DNA of 64,000 nt from Actinomycetales bacterium (GTDB taxonomy: Bacteria > Actinomycetota > Actinomycetes > JAJZTN01). Where the stretch lies: assembly GCA_051960855.1 (NCBI GenBank), contig JBQCDV010000207.1:146-64145 (forward strand), read 5' to 3'. Below the pieces are notes generated by a model that saw only the letters and a list, made by a program, of their open reading frames with translations, searched no databases and was not told the DNA's origin. Position numbers and translations under genes: made by a program. Shown here piece by piece: positions 54,521 to 64,000 of the stretch. The first letter of the stretch is position 1. Each line of letters begins with the position of its first letter.

Positions 54521-57500
54521 CTATCCAGCCAGATGTCCCCACTGAGGCTCGATCTCCTGCCAGCTGGCGTTAGCCACGACGCGGCCCGCCGCCAGGACGA
54601 CGACTCGGTCGGCCCGCGACAGGGCGGCTCGCTTCGTGCTGGACCCGACGACGGTGGAGCCGCGAGAGCGCAGCGACTGCCACAGCTCGACTTCGGTCGT
54701 GGCGTCCAACGCCGAGGACACGTCGTCGGCGACCAGGACGTCGGCCGAGGCGGCGAGCGCCCGGGCGAGAGCGAGACGTTGCACCTGGCCCCCGGACAGC
54801 CTCACCCCGCGGTGACCGACGAGCGACGTCAGGCCTCCCGCCTCCATGACATCGCGGCCGAGCCGTGCATCCTCGATCGCCCGCTGCACCTGCCGGTCAT
54901 CGAAATCGAGCCGGATGTTGTCTCGGAAGGTGCCGGACAGCACGCGCGGGACCTGGGCGACGTGAGCGACGCGAGGGGGACGCAGGAAGTCCTCGGCATC
55001 CTCCACGGGGCGGCCGTTCCAGCGCATCGTGCCGCGGTGGTCCACGAGGCCGGCCAGGGCCGAGAGCAGACTCGACTTGCCCGAGCCGATCTGCCCCAGG
55101 AGCAGGACCAGCTCGCCGCGTCGCACGACGAGGTCCACGTGGGCGACGCCAATCGTGCCGTCCTCGTGCACCGCGGTCAGGTCGACGAGCTCGAGCTCGC
55201 GGAACGGCTGCGAGCGCGGCGGCGGCACCGGCCGCGGCGCCTGGCCGGTCACCAGATCGACGCCCTGCGGTAGCGCCATGAGGTCCGCTCCGCCGGCGAA
55301 GCGGCTCGTCTGCTGCTGCCACGCACGGGTCCCGGGCGCCTCGGTGATCACGGCGCCGGCCACGCGGCCGAACCAGTCGAACCCGCTCACCGCGTTCGCG
55401 ACCAGCAGCGCGGTCGCGAGGCCCCAGATGCCTGCCGCGTGGGCCGCCCACGCCGCGACGGCGCCAGCCTGGACGAGGACCACGGGGACCCCGGCAAGGA
55501 GGGCCTGGACCCGGTGCTCGTGCACGGCGGCGTCGACGCGGCCGGAGTCGACCTGACGCAGGTGAGCGTGCACGTCGGGGGTGGCGGCGGCCAGCTTCAC
55601 GGTGCGGATCCCGTCGAGCACGGAGACCAGCGAGCGCCCGAACGCCGCCCGTGCTGTGGACGCCGACGCGGCCGACCTGCCCGCCACCGGGGAGCCGATC
55701 GCGGAGATCAGCGCCGTTAACGCCATGACGGCCAACAGCACGGCGGCCGCAAGCACGCTGGCACCGACGAGACCCGTCACGGTCGCGATCAGCAGGCCGT
55801 TGACCAGGTCGACCCACCGGTCGCCGTAGCGGGCGAAGCGGTCGGCGTCGAGGGCGCGGCCGACGACCTCGCCTGGCGGCGTCGGAGGCAGCCGGTGCTG
55901 TGAGGTCTGGCCGAGCAGGACGGCGGTGCGCACCCGCAGGAGGACCGCCACCCACCACCGCGGGTAGCGGCGGATTGCCTCGGCCAGCATGAAGGGGGCG
56001 AACAGCAGCGACGCAACGAGCGCGGTGAGGGGGACGGTGACCGACGCATGGTGCTGTAACTGGACGACGAGGTGTCCCCACAGCCAGCCGGTGACAGCGC
56101 CGTACGCGCCGGTCAGCGCCGAGAGCAGGAACAGCCCGATGCTCAGCGCACCCCAGGCCGGGTGGATACGGAGGACGCGCCAGGTGCCGCGGGCGAGAGA
56201 CAGGCCCGCGCCAGGCTCACGGCTGGGAGGCGCCTCACCGACGCGGCGTGCGGTCCCGATAGCGGCGGCATCAGAGGGCACCTGCCCAGCGGTCGCGGAG
56301 GCGGCCGCCGGACCCTGCAGAGCCTGCGCTCCATAGGCGCCCGCGTCCTCCCCGGCGGCCTCCAGCAAGCTCCGGAAGGGGCCGTCGGCGGCGGCGACCG
56401 CGGCGCGAGGACCCTGCTGGACGACCCTTCCGCTGTCGAGCACGACGACCAGGTCGGCCCTCGCGGTGGTGCTCAGCCGGTGGGCCACGAGCAGCCCGGT
56501 CCGACCGCTCAGGAGCCGCTGCGACGCCTGCACGACGCGCGCCTCCGTCACCGGGTCCATGCGCGCGGTGGCCTCGTCCAGGACAACGACGCGCACGTCG
56601 CGGACGAGCAACCGGGCGAACGCGACGAGTTGCTGCTCCCCTGCGGACAGGGTGGTGCCGCTGGGACCGAGGACCGTGTCGAGCCCCTCGGGCAGCCCGT
56701 CGACCCAGTCGGTCAGTCCCAGCTCGTCGACCGCCCCCTGGACACGAGAGCGCGGGAGGTCGGCGAAGAGGGTGATGTTGTCGGCCAGCGACCCGGCGAG
56801 GATCTCGGTGCGCTGGGTGACCACGCCCACCGCCGCACGCAGCCGCTGCAGGTCGAGGTCACGGACGTCTCTGCCCCCGACGAAGACAGTGCCGCGCTCC
56901 GGCTCGACGGCGCGCGACAGCAGCGACGCCAAGGTCGACTTGCCCGAACCGCTGCGTCCCACGAGCGCCACCGTGTGCCCGGCGGGCACCTGCAGGCTGA
57001 TGTCCCGGAGGGCGAAGTCGCCGTCGGGATAGGAGAAGCGCAGGTGGCGGATCTCGACGTCCGGCACGCCCGGTGGGACGTCGAGGCCCCCGGTCGGCTC
57101 CGGCGGCGCCGCCAGCAGGGCGCGCAGGCGGACCAGCGCGCCGACGCCCGCCTGCAGGTCGGGCACGTGACGCGCCACCTGGTCGACCTGGCCGACGAAG
57201 GTCGTGGTGACCAGGAAGAGGGTCACGAGCGCGGCGGTCGACTCCAGCCCGTGGACCACGAGGACCACGCCCACGACGGCGACGACGGCGAGCAGCCCGT
57301 GCAGCAGCAGGCCAGCGCGGCGACTGATGCGTCCTTCGAGCCCGACCACCTCGGCGAAGCGTGCGTGCACGACGGCGCTCAGCTCCGCACATCGACGTAC
57401 GACGTAGCTCTGGCCGAGGCTGGTGCGCAGGTCGTCGCGCGCGGCGACGCCCTCCTCCATCGCGGCCGCGTGATCCGTCCACGCCACCTCTTCCGCGACC

Positions 57501-58177
57501 TTGCGGTCGCGCATCTGCGCCAGCAGGGGCCGGATCAGCACGGTGACGCCGAGCGCCGCCAGCGGCAGCAGGAACCACGCCGGCCACCAGGTGGCCCCGG
57601 CGACGGCGAGCAGCGGGAGGGTGCCGAGCAGCACGCGGATCACGGCCCACGCGTTCTGGCGCAGCAGCGTGCCGATCTCGTGGGTGTCGTCGTCGACGCG
57701 GTCGAGGACCTCACCCACCGCCTGCTCGCTGAGCTCGGACAGCGGCTGATGCATCACCGCATCGAGCAGGTCTCCCCGCAGCTCCCCCTCCGCTCGGTCG
57801 ACCGCAACGGACCAGAAGGTGCGGCCGAGAGTGTCAGCGACCGCGGCACCGACCACGCAGAGAGCGAGGACGCCGACGAGGGAGTAGGTGGCTGACTCGG
57901 CGAGCCGACCGGCCACGACGGTGCCGAGGGCCTGTCCGAGCCCCGCGAGCAGGGAGGCGGCGAGCGCCAGGACCGTGAGTGGGCCCCGCAGGCGCCGCCA
58001 GTCGAGGCGGCGCCGCGACGCGGCGAGTGCCTCGTCAGAGGACGCCGGCGCGTGCGACGCCGCGCGCGCACCGGCCCGCGCTGCGTCAGCCCCCGCCGAG
58101 GGGTCGGCGTGAGCACCGGCGGCGTCCGGGGCGGTCGCGGGGCCGGTCTGCGCGGAGGCGGGAGGAGGGGTGGGCAC
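54521..58177 (-). CDS. Fused ABC exporter (two TMD-NBD halves in one polypeptide)
   Basis: Two Walker A motifs (GRSGSGKST, GQIGSGKSS), two ABC signatures (LSAGEQQ, LSGGQVQ) and two Walker B motifs (VVLDEATA, LVADDVSSALD). Each half has six-helix transmembrane domains. Confidence 0.8.
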   Translation of the reverse strand: MPTPPPASAQTGPATAPDAAGAHADPSAGADAARAGARAASHAPASSDEALAASRRRLDWRRLRGPLTVLALAASLLAGLGQALGTVVAGRLAESATYSLVGVLALCVVGAAVADTLGRTFWSVAVDRAEGELRGDLLDAVMHQPLSELSEQAVGEVLDRVDDDTHEIGTLLRQNAWAVIRVLLGTLPLLAVAGATWWPAWFLLPLAALGVTVLIRPLLAQMRDRKVAEEVAWTDHAAAMEEGVAARDDLRTSLGQSYVVRRCAELSAVVHARFAEVVGLEGRISRRAGLLLHGLLAVVAVVGVVLVVHGLESTAALVTLFLVTTTFVGQVDQVARHVPDLQAGVGALVRLRALLAAPPEPTGGLDVPPGVPDVEIRHLRFSYPDGDFALRDISLQVPAGHTVALVGRSGSGKSTLASLLSRAVEPERGTVFVGGRDVRDLDLQRLRAAVGVVTQRTEILAGSLADNITLFADLPRSRVQGAVDELGLTDWVDGLPEGLDTVLGPSGTTLSAGEQQLVAFARLLVRDVRVVVLDEATARMDPVTEARVVQASQRLLSGRTGLLVAHRLSTTARADLVVVLDSGRVVQQGPRAAVAAADGPFRSLLEAAGEDAGAYGAQALQGPAAASATAGQVPSDAAAIGTARRVGEAPPSREPGAGLSLARGTWRVLRIHPAWGALSIGLFLLSALTGAYGAVTGWLWGHLVVQLQHHASVTVPLTALVASLLFAPFMLAEAIRRYPRWWVAVLLRVRTAVLLGQTSQHRLPPTPPGEVVGRALDADRFARYGDRWVDLVNGLLIATVTGLVGASVLAAAVLLAVMALTALISAIGSPVAGRSAASASTARAAFGRSLVSVLDGIRTVKLAAATPDVHAHLRQVDSGRVDAAVHEHRVQALLAGVPVVLVQAGAVAAWAAHAAGIWGLATALLVANAVSGFDWFGRVAGAVITEAPGTRAWQQQTSRFAGGADLMALPQGVDLVTGQAPRPVPPPRSQPFRELELVDLTAVHEDGTIGVAHVDLVVRRGELVLLLGQIGSGKSSLLSALAGLVDHRGTMRWNGRPVEDAEDFLRPPRVAHVAQVPRVLSGTFRDNIRLDFDDRQVQRAIEDARLGRDVMEAGGLTSLVGHRGVRLSGGQVQRLALARALAASADVLVADDVSSALDATTEVELWQSLRSRGSTVVGSSTKRAALSRADRVVVLAAGRVVANASWQEIEPQWGHLAG

Positions 58178-58207
58178 GACGAGCCACCGTAACGACCCCT
58201 ACCGACA

Positions 58208-58242
58208 GATCGCTTCTTCTTTTCGCTGCAGGAGAAGCGATC
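58208..58242. other. Stem-loop (GATCGCTTCT...AGAAGCGATC, 10-bp stem, 15-nt loop) between the stress-protein gene and the ABC exporter gene
   Basis: Direct reading. This may be a terminator for the Dps/GSP transcription unit. Confidence 0.3.
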
Positions 58243-58294
58243 CGCCGGCAATCGTCCTGTCGGGGCCCACCCAGACAGGCCTACCCGTGCCGAC

Positions 58295-58792
58295 TCACCC
58301 GCGCAGGCTCAACCGCGCGAGCAGCTCGCGCGCCAGCTCGGCCTGCTGGTGCTGGCACAGCACGTCGTAGCGGCGGGCCACCACCTGCGTGCGGGAGGTG
58401 AAGTCGCGGCGACCCCCCGTGAGGCTGTAGCCGATGACACCGAAGATGACGCCGAAGACAGCGCCGTAGACCAGCGACAGCAGGATCACGCCGAAGCCGG
58501 TGCTGCCGCCGCCGAAGAACGAGAGCAGGACACCGACGAAGAGCCCCCACCACGCTCCTGCGGCAGCACCGCTGCCGGCAGCGCGCGGATAGCTCAGCCG
58601 GCCGGTGACGCGCTCGACCAGCTGCAGGTCGCTGCCGACGATCGTGACGTTCTCGACGGCGAACTTCTCGTCGCTGAGGAAGTCCACCGCCCGCTGCGCC
58701 TGCTCATAGGTGTCATACGACCCCACGGGAAGGCCGGTCGGGGGAAGGGGCAGCCCGGGTGCGGAGCGGCCGAAGCCTCCGAGAGAGCTCAT
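58295..58792 (-). CDS. General stress protein 17M-like (DUF1269) membrane protein
   Basis: The N-terminal motif (YDTYEQAQRAVDFLSDEKFAVENVTIVGSDLQLVE) and a C-terminal glycine-zipper transmembrane region are present. The ATG at 58792 has an AGGAGG ribosome-binding site. Confidence 0.6.
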   Translation of the reverse strand: MSSLGGFGRSAPGLPLPPTGLPVGSYDTYEQAQRAVDFLSDEKFAVENVTIVGSDLQLVERVTGRLSYPRAAGSGAAAGAWWGLFVGVLLSFFGGGSTGFGVILLSLVYGAVFGVIFGVIGYSLTGGRRDFTSRTQVVARRYDVLCQHQQAELARELLARLSLRG

Positions 58793-58847
58793 TGCTGTCA
58801 CGCCTCCTGCCGTGTCGGACGACCCGTGGCCGCCGCACGAGTGATGG

Positions 58848-59534
58848 TCACCGTCGAAGATCCAACGTGTCGCCGGAGCCTGAGGTGCCCGAGCCGGCGG
58901 TGTCGCCGTCACCGACCGTCGCCGATGTGGCGGCGGCACCGGCGGCTCCCTGCTCGTCCCCGGTGCGCGCGGTGCTGATCTGGCCGCCGGCGTTCTCCAG
59001 GTGGGCCCGGATGAACCACTGGAACAGCTCCAGGTCCTTGAGCTGGTCGATGAGCAGGTCCTGGGTAACGGGGTCCAGCTCCTCGGTCTCCCGCATGGCG
59101 TCACGGTGGTCGCTGATCACGCCGCGGTAGACCACCTCCAGCGCCCCGAGGTGCTCGATCGCCCCCGCCCGGCCGAGGGAGTAGTCGTCCCAGGAGCGGT
59201 CCTCGACGAGCTTGCCGGGGGTCCCGACGGGGCTGAAGCCGAGGGTGGCGATGCGCTCCGCAACCGCGTCGGACATGCCGCGGACGGCGTCGACCTGCGG
59301 GTCGAGCATCTCGTGGACGCTGATGAAGTTGGGCCCGACGACGTTCCAGTGGACGTGCTTGAGCGTCAGGTGCAGGTCGGTCAGGGCGTTCAGCCGCTGC
59401 TGCAACAGCGCCGCCACCTTGCCTGCGGCCTGAGGGTCGAGCCCGGGAATCGTGAACGACGGCGTGTCCCCCTGTGCCGGCGCTCCGGCTCCCAGGGGCG
59501 ACTGTCCCGTGCGGCCAGTGGCTGCGCTCGTCAT
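58848..59534 (-). CDS. dps: Dps family DNA-protection/ferroxidase protein with low-complexity C-terminal tail
   Basis: Dps motifs are present (LTLKHVHWNVVGPNFISVHEMLD, ERIATLG). The ATG at 59534 has an AAGGAG ribosome-binding site. Confidence 0.8.
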   Translation of the reverse strand: MTSAATGRTGQSPLGAGAPAQGDTPSFTIPGLDPQAAGKVAALLQQRLNALTDLHLTLKHVHWNVVGPNFISVHEMLDPQVDAVRGMSDAVAERIATLGFSPVGTPGKLVEDRSWDDYSLGRAGAIEHLGALEVVYRGVISDHRDAMRETEELDPVTQDLLIDQLKDLELFQWFIRAHLENAGGQISTARTGDEQGAAGAAATSATVGDGDTAGSGTSGSGDTLDLRR

Positions 59535-59547
59535 TGCTTCTCCTTCG

Positions 59548-60546
59548 TCACATGTCGCGAGTTGACCATCCCTTGCCACGATCCCTACCCGTCACTCCGG
59601 GCTCCCCAACCCGGGAGAGGATCCGCTCCGCGAGCTTGCGCGAGGCCTCGTCGACCATCTCGCCGTCGACGGCGATGGCCCCGCGCGAGCCGCCGGCGGC
59701 CGACGTCGCCTCGCCGTAGGCGGCCAGCACGCGCCGCGCCCGCTCGACTGCGACCTGCGAGGGCGTGAAGGCCGCGTTGCACGCCGCGATCTGGGACGGG
59801 TGGATGACCCACTTGCCGTCGTAGCCGAGCGCCGCGGCACGACCGGCGCTACGGGCGAACCCGTCGGCATGAGCGATGTCGACGTAGGGCCCGTCGACCG
59901 CGGCGACGCCAGCGGCCCGCGCCGCGACCAGGATCCGTGTGAGCACGTAGTGGAAGGCATCGCCCGGATAGCCCTCCGGCTGCTCGCCGATGGTCGGGCT
60001 CGTCATGCCCAGGGACGCCATGAAGTCGCCGGGGCCGAAGACGAGCGCGGTCAGCCGGGGTGAGGCCGCTGCGATCTGGTCCACGTGCTGCAGCCCCGTC
60101 GCGTCCTCGATCTGGGCGTCGATGCCGATCCTGCCGACTGGCAGGCCGCGGGCCCGCTCTACCTGCGTGAGCAGCAGGTCCAGCCACACCACGTGCTCGC
60201 GATGCTGCACCTTCGGCAGCACGAGCACGTCGAGGCCCTCCCCCGCCTGCTCCACGACGTCGATCACGTCGCGGTACGCCCACGGCGTGTCGACCGCGTT
60301 GACGCGGACCGCGACCAGGCGCTCGCCCCAGCCGCCGACCTTGAGCGCGGCGACGACCGCTGAGCGGGCGGACGCCTTTGCCTCCGGTGCCACCGCGTCC
60401 TCGAGGTCGAGAAAGAGCATGTCGGTGGGCAGGGAGCGGGACTTCTCGATCATTCGATCGCTCGACCCAGGCACGGCAAGGCACGAACGGCGGGGGCGCC
60501 GGCTGGCCGCCGGAGCGAACGTCTCTGTGGTCACGTCGGTGGTCAT
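59548..60546 (-). CDS. HpcH/HpaI aldolase / citrate-lyase beta (CitE)-like lyase
   Basis: CitE-like motifs are present (SCLAVPGSSDRMIEKS, FLDLEDAV, VFGPGDF). The start ATG at 60546 was verified from the sequence. Confidence 0.75.
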   Translation of the reverse strand: MTTDVTTETFAPAASRRPRRSCLAVPGSSDRMIEKSRSLPTDMLFLDLEDAVAPEAKASARSAVVAALKVGGWGERLVAVRVNAVDTPWAYRDVIDVVEQAGEGLDVLVLPKVQHREHVVWLDLLLTQVERARGLPVGRIGIDAQIEDATGLQHVDQIAAASPRLTALVFGPGDFMASLGMTSPTIGEQPEGYPGDAFHYVLTRILVAARAAGVAAVDGPYVDIAHADGFARSAGRAAALGYDGKWVIHPSQIAACNAAFTPSQVAVERARRVLAAYGEATSAAGGSRGAIAVDGEMVDEASRKLAERILSRVGEPGVTGRDRGKGWSTRDM

Positions 60547-60611
60547 GCCCGCAAGGTAGCCACGCCGAAGTCCGTCGGCTCGAACCGTGGCCCGACCGGA
60601 GGCGCGCCCGG

Positions 60612-61499
60612 CTACTCCACGGGGACCGCCTCGGGCGGCGTTCGGGACGAGACGACGAGCGCGAGGCCGGCGAGTAGGAGCAGCAGCGCGGGCAGCACCT
60701 GCAGCGGCACGTGCTGGTGCACGGTGAGCGCCGCCACCAAGGTGGCGCCGGGCACCTCGAAGAGGATCGACAGGCTGACGACGGTGGGGCCGACGCGCTT
60801 GACGACGGTGTTGAACACCGAATGCCCCAGCAGCTGGGCTCCGACCGTCAGAGCGCCGATCTTGACCCACGTGTCGGCGGAGTAGCCACCCAGTGACGAT
60901 CCGGAGACGAGGCAGGTGACGAGGAGGGCGGCCGCTGCCATCGGGTAGCAGATCGCGGTGTACGTCGTCGTGCTCACCCCCTGGCGCACGCGGGAGCCGG
61001 CGACCGTGTAGGCGGCCGCGAGGATCGCACCGACCAGTGCCAGCAGGTCGCCGGTGAGCGCCTCTCCCGAGGCACGCAGGTCGGTGCCCGACAGCAGCAG
61101 CGCACCCAGGATGGCAACCCCGGTGCCCGCCCACACGCGCCCCGACAGCCGCTCCCCGAGCGCCCGGGCGATCAGCGCCGTCCAGACCGGCTGCGTCGAC
61201 GCCATCGCCGTCGAGCTCGCCACCGTGGTGAAGCGGAGGCTCGGCACCCAGGTCGCGAAGTGACCCGCCAGCAGCAACCCCGCCAGCAGCGCCAGCAGCC
61301 ACTGCTGTCGCGCCATGCCGCGGATCTCGTCACGACGACGCCAAGCCGCGACAGGGACGACCGCAAGGGACCCGAAGGCGTTGCGCCAGAAGGCGATCGC
61401 GAGCGCCGGTGCCGCGGTGACGGTGATCAGAGGCCCGGAGGTGGAGACCGCAGCGACTGCGACCGCGAGCAGCAGCAGATCGACAGCGGGGCGGCGCAC
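60612..61499 (-). CDS. EamA/DMT family transporter
   Basis: Ten predicted transmembrane helices and about 295 aa. The start is taken at GTG 61499 to avoid a divergent overlap with the next gene. Confidence 0.7.
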   Translation of the reverse strand: MRRPAVDLLLLAVAVAAVSTSGPLITVTAAPALAIAFWRNAFGSLAVVPVAAWRRRDEIRGMARQQWLLALLAGLLLAGHFATWVPSLRFTTVASSTAMASTQPVWTALIARALGERLSGRVWAGTGVAILGALLLSGTDLRASGEALTGDLLALVGAILAAAYTVAGSRVRQGVSTTTYTAICYPMAAAALLVTCLVSGSSLGGYSADTWVKIGALTVGAQLLGHSVFNTVVKRVGPTVVSLSILFEVPGATLVAALTVHQHVPLQVLPALLLLLAGLALVVSSRTPPEAVPVE

Positions 61500-61557
61500 C
61501 CGCGCATTCTGCTCGACGCAACCGGGCAAGCCGCGTCCGCCCCGGTAACCTCGCGTC

Positions 61558-62952
61558 GTGAGCGGCGCACCGACGAGAGTGTTCATCGCGCGCCTCGCCG
61601 GCACCGCGGTCTTCGACCCCATCGGGGACCCGGTCGGGCGGGTGCGCGATGTCGTCGTCATCCTCCGCATCGGCCGGCAGCAGCCCCGCGTCCTCGGTCT
61701 CGTGGTCGAGGTCCCGGGCCGCCGCCGCATCTTCGTCCCGATGACCCGGGTGACCAGCGTCGACGCCGGCCAGGTCATCACGACCGGCGTCGTCAACATG
61801 CGCCGCTTCGAGCAGCGCCCGACCGAGACCCTCGTGATCGGCGAGCTCCTCGACCGGCGGGTGCGGTTGCTGGCCGACGCTGGTGTCGCGGGCGCTGGTG
61901 AGGAGGTGACGGTCGAGGACGTCGCCATGGAGCAGACCCGCTCCCGCGACTGGGTCATCTCCAAGGTCTATGTGCGCCGTCACGGCAAGGGCCTGCGCCG
62001 ACGCGGCGAGGGGCAGGTCGTCGACTGGGACGCGGTGACCGGCTTCTCCCTCAGCGAGGAGGGCCAGGGCGCGGCCAACCTGCTGGCGACGTTCGAGAAG
62101 CTGCGTCCGGCCGACCTCGCCAGCGTGCTGCATGACCTCTCCCCCAAGCGGCGCGCCGAGGTGGCCGCCGCCCTGCCTGACGACAAGCTGGCGGACGTCC
62201 TCGAGGAGCTGCCCGAGGACGACCAGGTGGAGATCCTCGGCAAGCTCGCCGAGGAGCGCGCCGCCGACGTGCTCGAGGCAATGGACCCGGACGACGCCGC
62301 CGACCTGCTCGGCGAGCTGCCGCCGGAGGAGGCCGAGAAGCTCCTCGAGCTGATGGAGCCCGAGGAGGCCGAGCCGGTCCGGCGACTGCTGGAGTACAGC
62401 GACGACACCGCCGGCGGCATGATGACGACCGAGCCGGTCATCCTGCCCCCGGACGCCACCGTCGCCGACGCCCTCGCCCGCGTCCGCAACCCCGAGCTCA
62501 CGCCAGCGCTGGCCAGCCAGGTCTACGTGGTCCGCCCACCGCTCGAGACGCCCACCGGCCGGTTCATCGGGATCGCCCACATCCAGCGGCTGCTGCGCGA
62601 GCCACCGGCCTCGCTGGTCTCCGGCATCGTCGACAGCGACCTCGAGCCCGTCCGTCCGGACGCCCCACTGCAGACGGTCACGCAGCACCTCGCGACGTAC
62701 AACCTGGTCGCGGTGCCCGTGGTCGACGAGGACGACCACCTCGTGGGCGTCGTCACCGTGGATGACGTCCTCGACCACCTGCTGCCCGAGGACTGGCGGG
62801 AGACCGGGGGCGACGGGGCGCCGACCCGGTCGGCGAGCAGTGCCGCCGCACTGGCCGCGGTCCGTCGACGCGGCCTGCGCTCTAGGCCGGCATCCGCCGG
62901 CAACGGTGCGAGCACGTCGTCCTCACCGTCGGGGGGCGACCATGGCGCGTGA
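61558..62952 (+). CDS. MgtE N-terminal domain + CBS-pair cytosolic protein
   Basis: A PRC-like N-terminus, an acidic MgtE_N helical region (DDKLADVLEELPEDDQVEILG...) and a CBS pair (VVDEDDHLVGVVTVDDVLDHL). There is no transmembrane domain. Confidence 0.75.
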   Translation: MSGAPTRVFIARLAGTAVFDPIGDPVGRVRDVVVILRIGRQQPRVLGLVVEVPGRRRIFVPMTRVTSVDAGQVITTGVVNMRRFEQRPTETLVIGELLDRRVRLLADAGVAGAGEEVTVEDVAMEQTRSRDWVISKVYVRRHGKGLRRRGEGQVVDWDAVTGFSLSEEGQGAANLLATFEKLRPADLASVLHDLSPKRRAEVAAALPDDKLADVLEELPEDDQVEILGKLAEERAADVLEAMDPDDAADLLGELPPEEAEKLLELMEPEEAEPVRRLLEYSDDTAGGMMTTEPVILPPDATVADALARVRNPELTPALASQVYVVRPPLETPTGRFIGIAHIQRLLREPPASLVSGIVDSDLEPVRPDAPLQTVTQHLATYNLVAVPVVDEDDHLVGVVTVDDVLDHLLPEDWRETGGDGAPTRSASSAAALAAVRRRGLRSRPASAGNGASTSSSPSGGDHGA

Positions 62953-63568
62953 GCAGCGCACCGGGCGCGCGGCGGGACAGCGCCGTTCGGACGGGGTGGC
63001 CCGGCTGGACCAGCCGATGGAGTCCCGCCGCAACCTCGTGCCGCGGCCCAGTTTCGACCCCGACGTCTTCGGGCGGTTCGCGGAGTCCTTCGCCCGCTTC
63101 ATGGGGACCGCGCGGTTCCTGCTCTACATGACGATCTTCGTGCTGGTGTGGCTGGCGTGGAACACGTTCCTGCCCGAGCACCTGCAGTTCGACCCCAAGC
63201 ACCTGAACTACACGCTGCTGACACTGATCCTGTCCCTGCAGGCCTCCTACGCCGCCCCGCTGATCCTGCTCGCGCAGAACCGGCAGGCCGACCGCGACCG
63301 CGTGCAGTACGAGCAGGACCGGGCTCGCGCCGAACGCTCCGTGGCCGACACGGAGTACCTGACGCGCGAAGTTGCGGCGCTGCGCATCGCGCTCGGCGAC
63401 GTGGCCACCCGCGACTTCCTGCGCTCGGAGCTGCGCGGGCTGCTGGAGGAGATCGACGAACGCGCCCGGCAGGCGGCTGCCGAGGCGGCGGGAGCCGCCG
63501 AGGACGCGGAGGACGCCGACCCGCAGCAGCAGCAGCCACAGCACCCCACGGAGCGCACCGCGTCGTGA
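62942..63568 (+). CDS. DUF1003 domain membrane protein
   Basis: Two transmembrane helices with the conserved LSLQASYAAPLILLAQNRQADRDRVQ motif. It overlaps the upstream gene by 11 nt. Confidence 0.7.
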   Translation: MAREQRTGRAAGQRRSDGVARLDQPMESRRNLVPRPSFDPDVFGRFAESFARFMGTARFLLYMTIFVLVWLAWNTFLPEHLQFDPKHLNYTLLTLILSLQASYAAPLILLAQNRQADRDRVQYEQDRARAERSVADTEYLTREVAALRIALGDVATRDFLRSELRGLLEEIDERARQAAAEAAGAAEDAEDADPQQQQPQHPTERTAS

Positions 63569-63588
63569 GCGCCACGTAGCATCGGGGC

Positions 63589-64000
63589 ATGTCCTCCCCG
63601 ACCTCTTCCCCCTCCGCGAACGGCGCTGCCGGTGCCGGAGCGACCGGCTCAGGCGAGCTCGTCGAGCGGATTCGGACCGCCCTCGCGACGGTGCAGGACC
63701 CGGAGATCCACCGGCCGATCACCGAGCTCGGCATGGTCAAGTCGATCGAGGTCGACGAGGGCGGGACCGCGCACATCGACGTGTACCTGACCGTGGCCGG
63801 CTGTCCCATGCGGGACCGCATCACCCGCGACGTCACCGCGGCGGTGTCGCCGATCCCCGGCGTCGCCTCGGTCACCGTCGGGCTGGACGTGATGTCGCAG
63901 GAGCAGCGGGAGGCGCTCAAGCAGACGCTGCGCGGCGGCGACTCGCGGCCCGAGCGGGAGATCCCCTTCGCAAAGCCGGACTCGCTGACCCGCGTCTACG
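63589..64000 (+). CDS. mrp: Mrp/ApbC Fe-S cluster carrier ATPase (N-terminal DUF59 part, 3'-truncated at window end)
   Basis: The N-terminal DUF59 motif is present (VQDPEIHRPITELGMVKSIEVDEGGTAHIDVYLTVAGCPMRD). The gene runs off the end of the window. Confidence 0.7.
   Translation, partial: MSSPTSSPSANGAAGAGATGSGELVERIRTALATVQDPEIHRPITELGMVKSIEVDEGGTAHIDVYLTVAGCPMRDRITRDVTAAVSPIPGVASVTVGLDVMSQEQREALKQTLRGGDSRPEREIPFAKPDSLTRVY

Noticed and set aside
61500-61586. ATG at 61586 as the EamA start
   Set aside because: It would overlap the divergent CBS/MgtE-N gene start (61558). The GTG at 61499 gives a typical roughly 295-aa DMT protein.

Overview
This 64 kb window is high-GC (~70%) actinobacterial chromosome with no rRNA, tRNA, CRISPR array, transposase or integrase. 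I called about 60 protein-coding genes, most organised in tightly packed operons whose stop and start codons overlap (ATGA or GTGA). Two regions differ in character.

(A) 0.9-17.6 kb is an accessory-looking glycan locus. It encodes a complete ADP-heptose pathway (GmhA, two HldE paralogues, and a GmhB phosphatase domain fused to a GT2 glycosyltransferase). It also carries three GT9 heptosyltransferase paralogues, further GT2/GT4 enzymes, a NodU/CmcH-type carbamoyltransferase, an SDR, a UXS-like dehydratase/decarboxylase and an aldehyde dehydrogenase. This is my candidate for an undescribed heptose-containing, possibly carbamoylated, glycoconjugate system in a bacterium that lacks LPS.

(B) 17.7-64 kb is conserved core genome. 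From family knowledge and recall of gene order, it resembles M. tuberculosis Rv3193c-Rv3211 and Rv1229c-Rv1232c. It contains the UPF0182 membrane protein, a PDZ/Lon-like protease, MoaE, an ABC1 kinase, whiB7, uvrD2, mycoredoxin, nudC, deoD, adnAB, moeZ, a TetR regulator, DUF3107, glsB, a DEAD-box helicase, MarC, a PHP protein, a fused ABC exporter, Dps, a CitE-like lyase, EamA, a CBS/MgtE-N protein, DUF1003 and mrp.

Within (B), whiB7 has a complete attenuation-type leader: an AT-rich box abutting a promoter, a 71-codon upstream ORF with a consensus ribosome-binding site, and a 20-bp hairpin with a U-tract.

In-frame tandem 15-bp repeats recur in at least four coding regions: the UPF0182 C-terminus, the MoaE N-terminus, the NUDIX N-terminus and an acidic protein. 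Two intergenic regions also carry tandem repeats, and several strong hairpins look like terminators.

All functional calls rest on motif and family recognition from the translated ORFs. No database search was possible.
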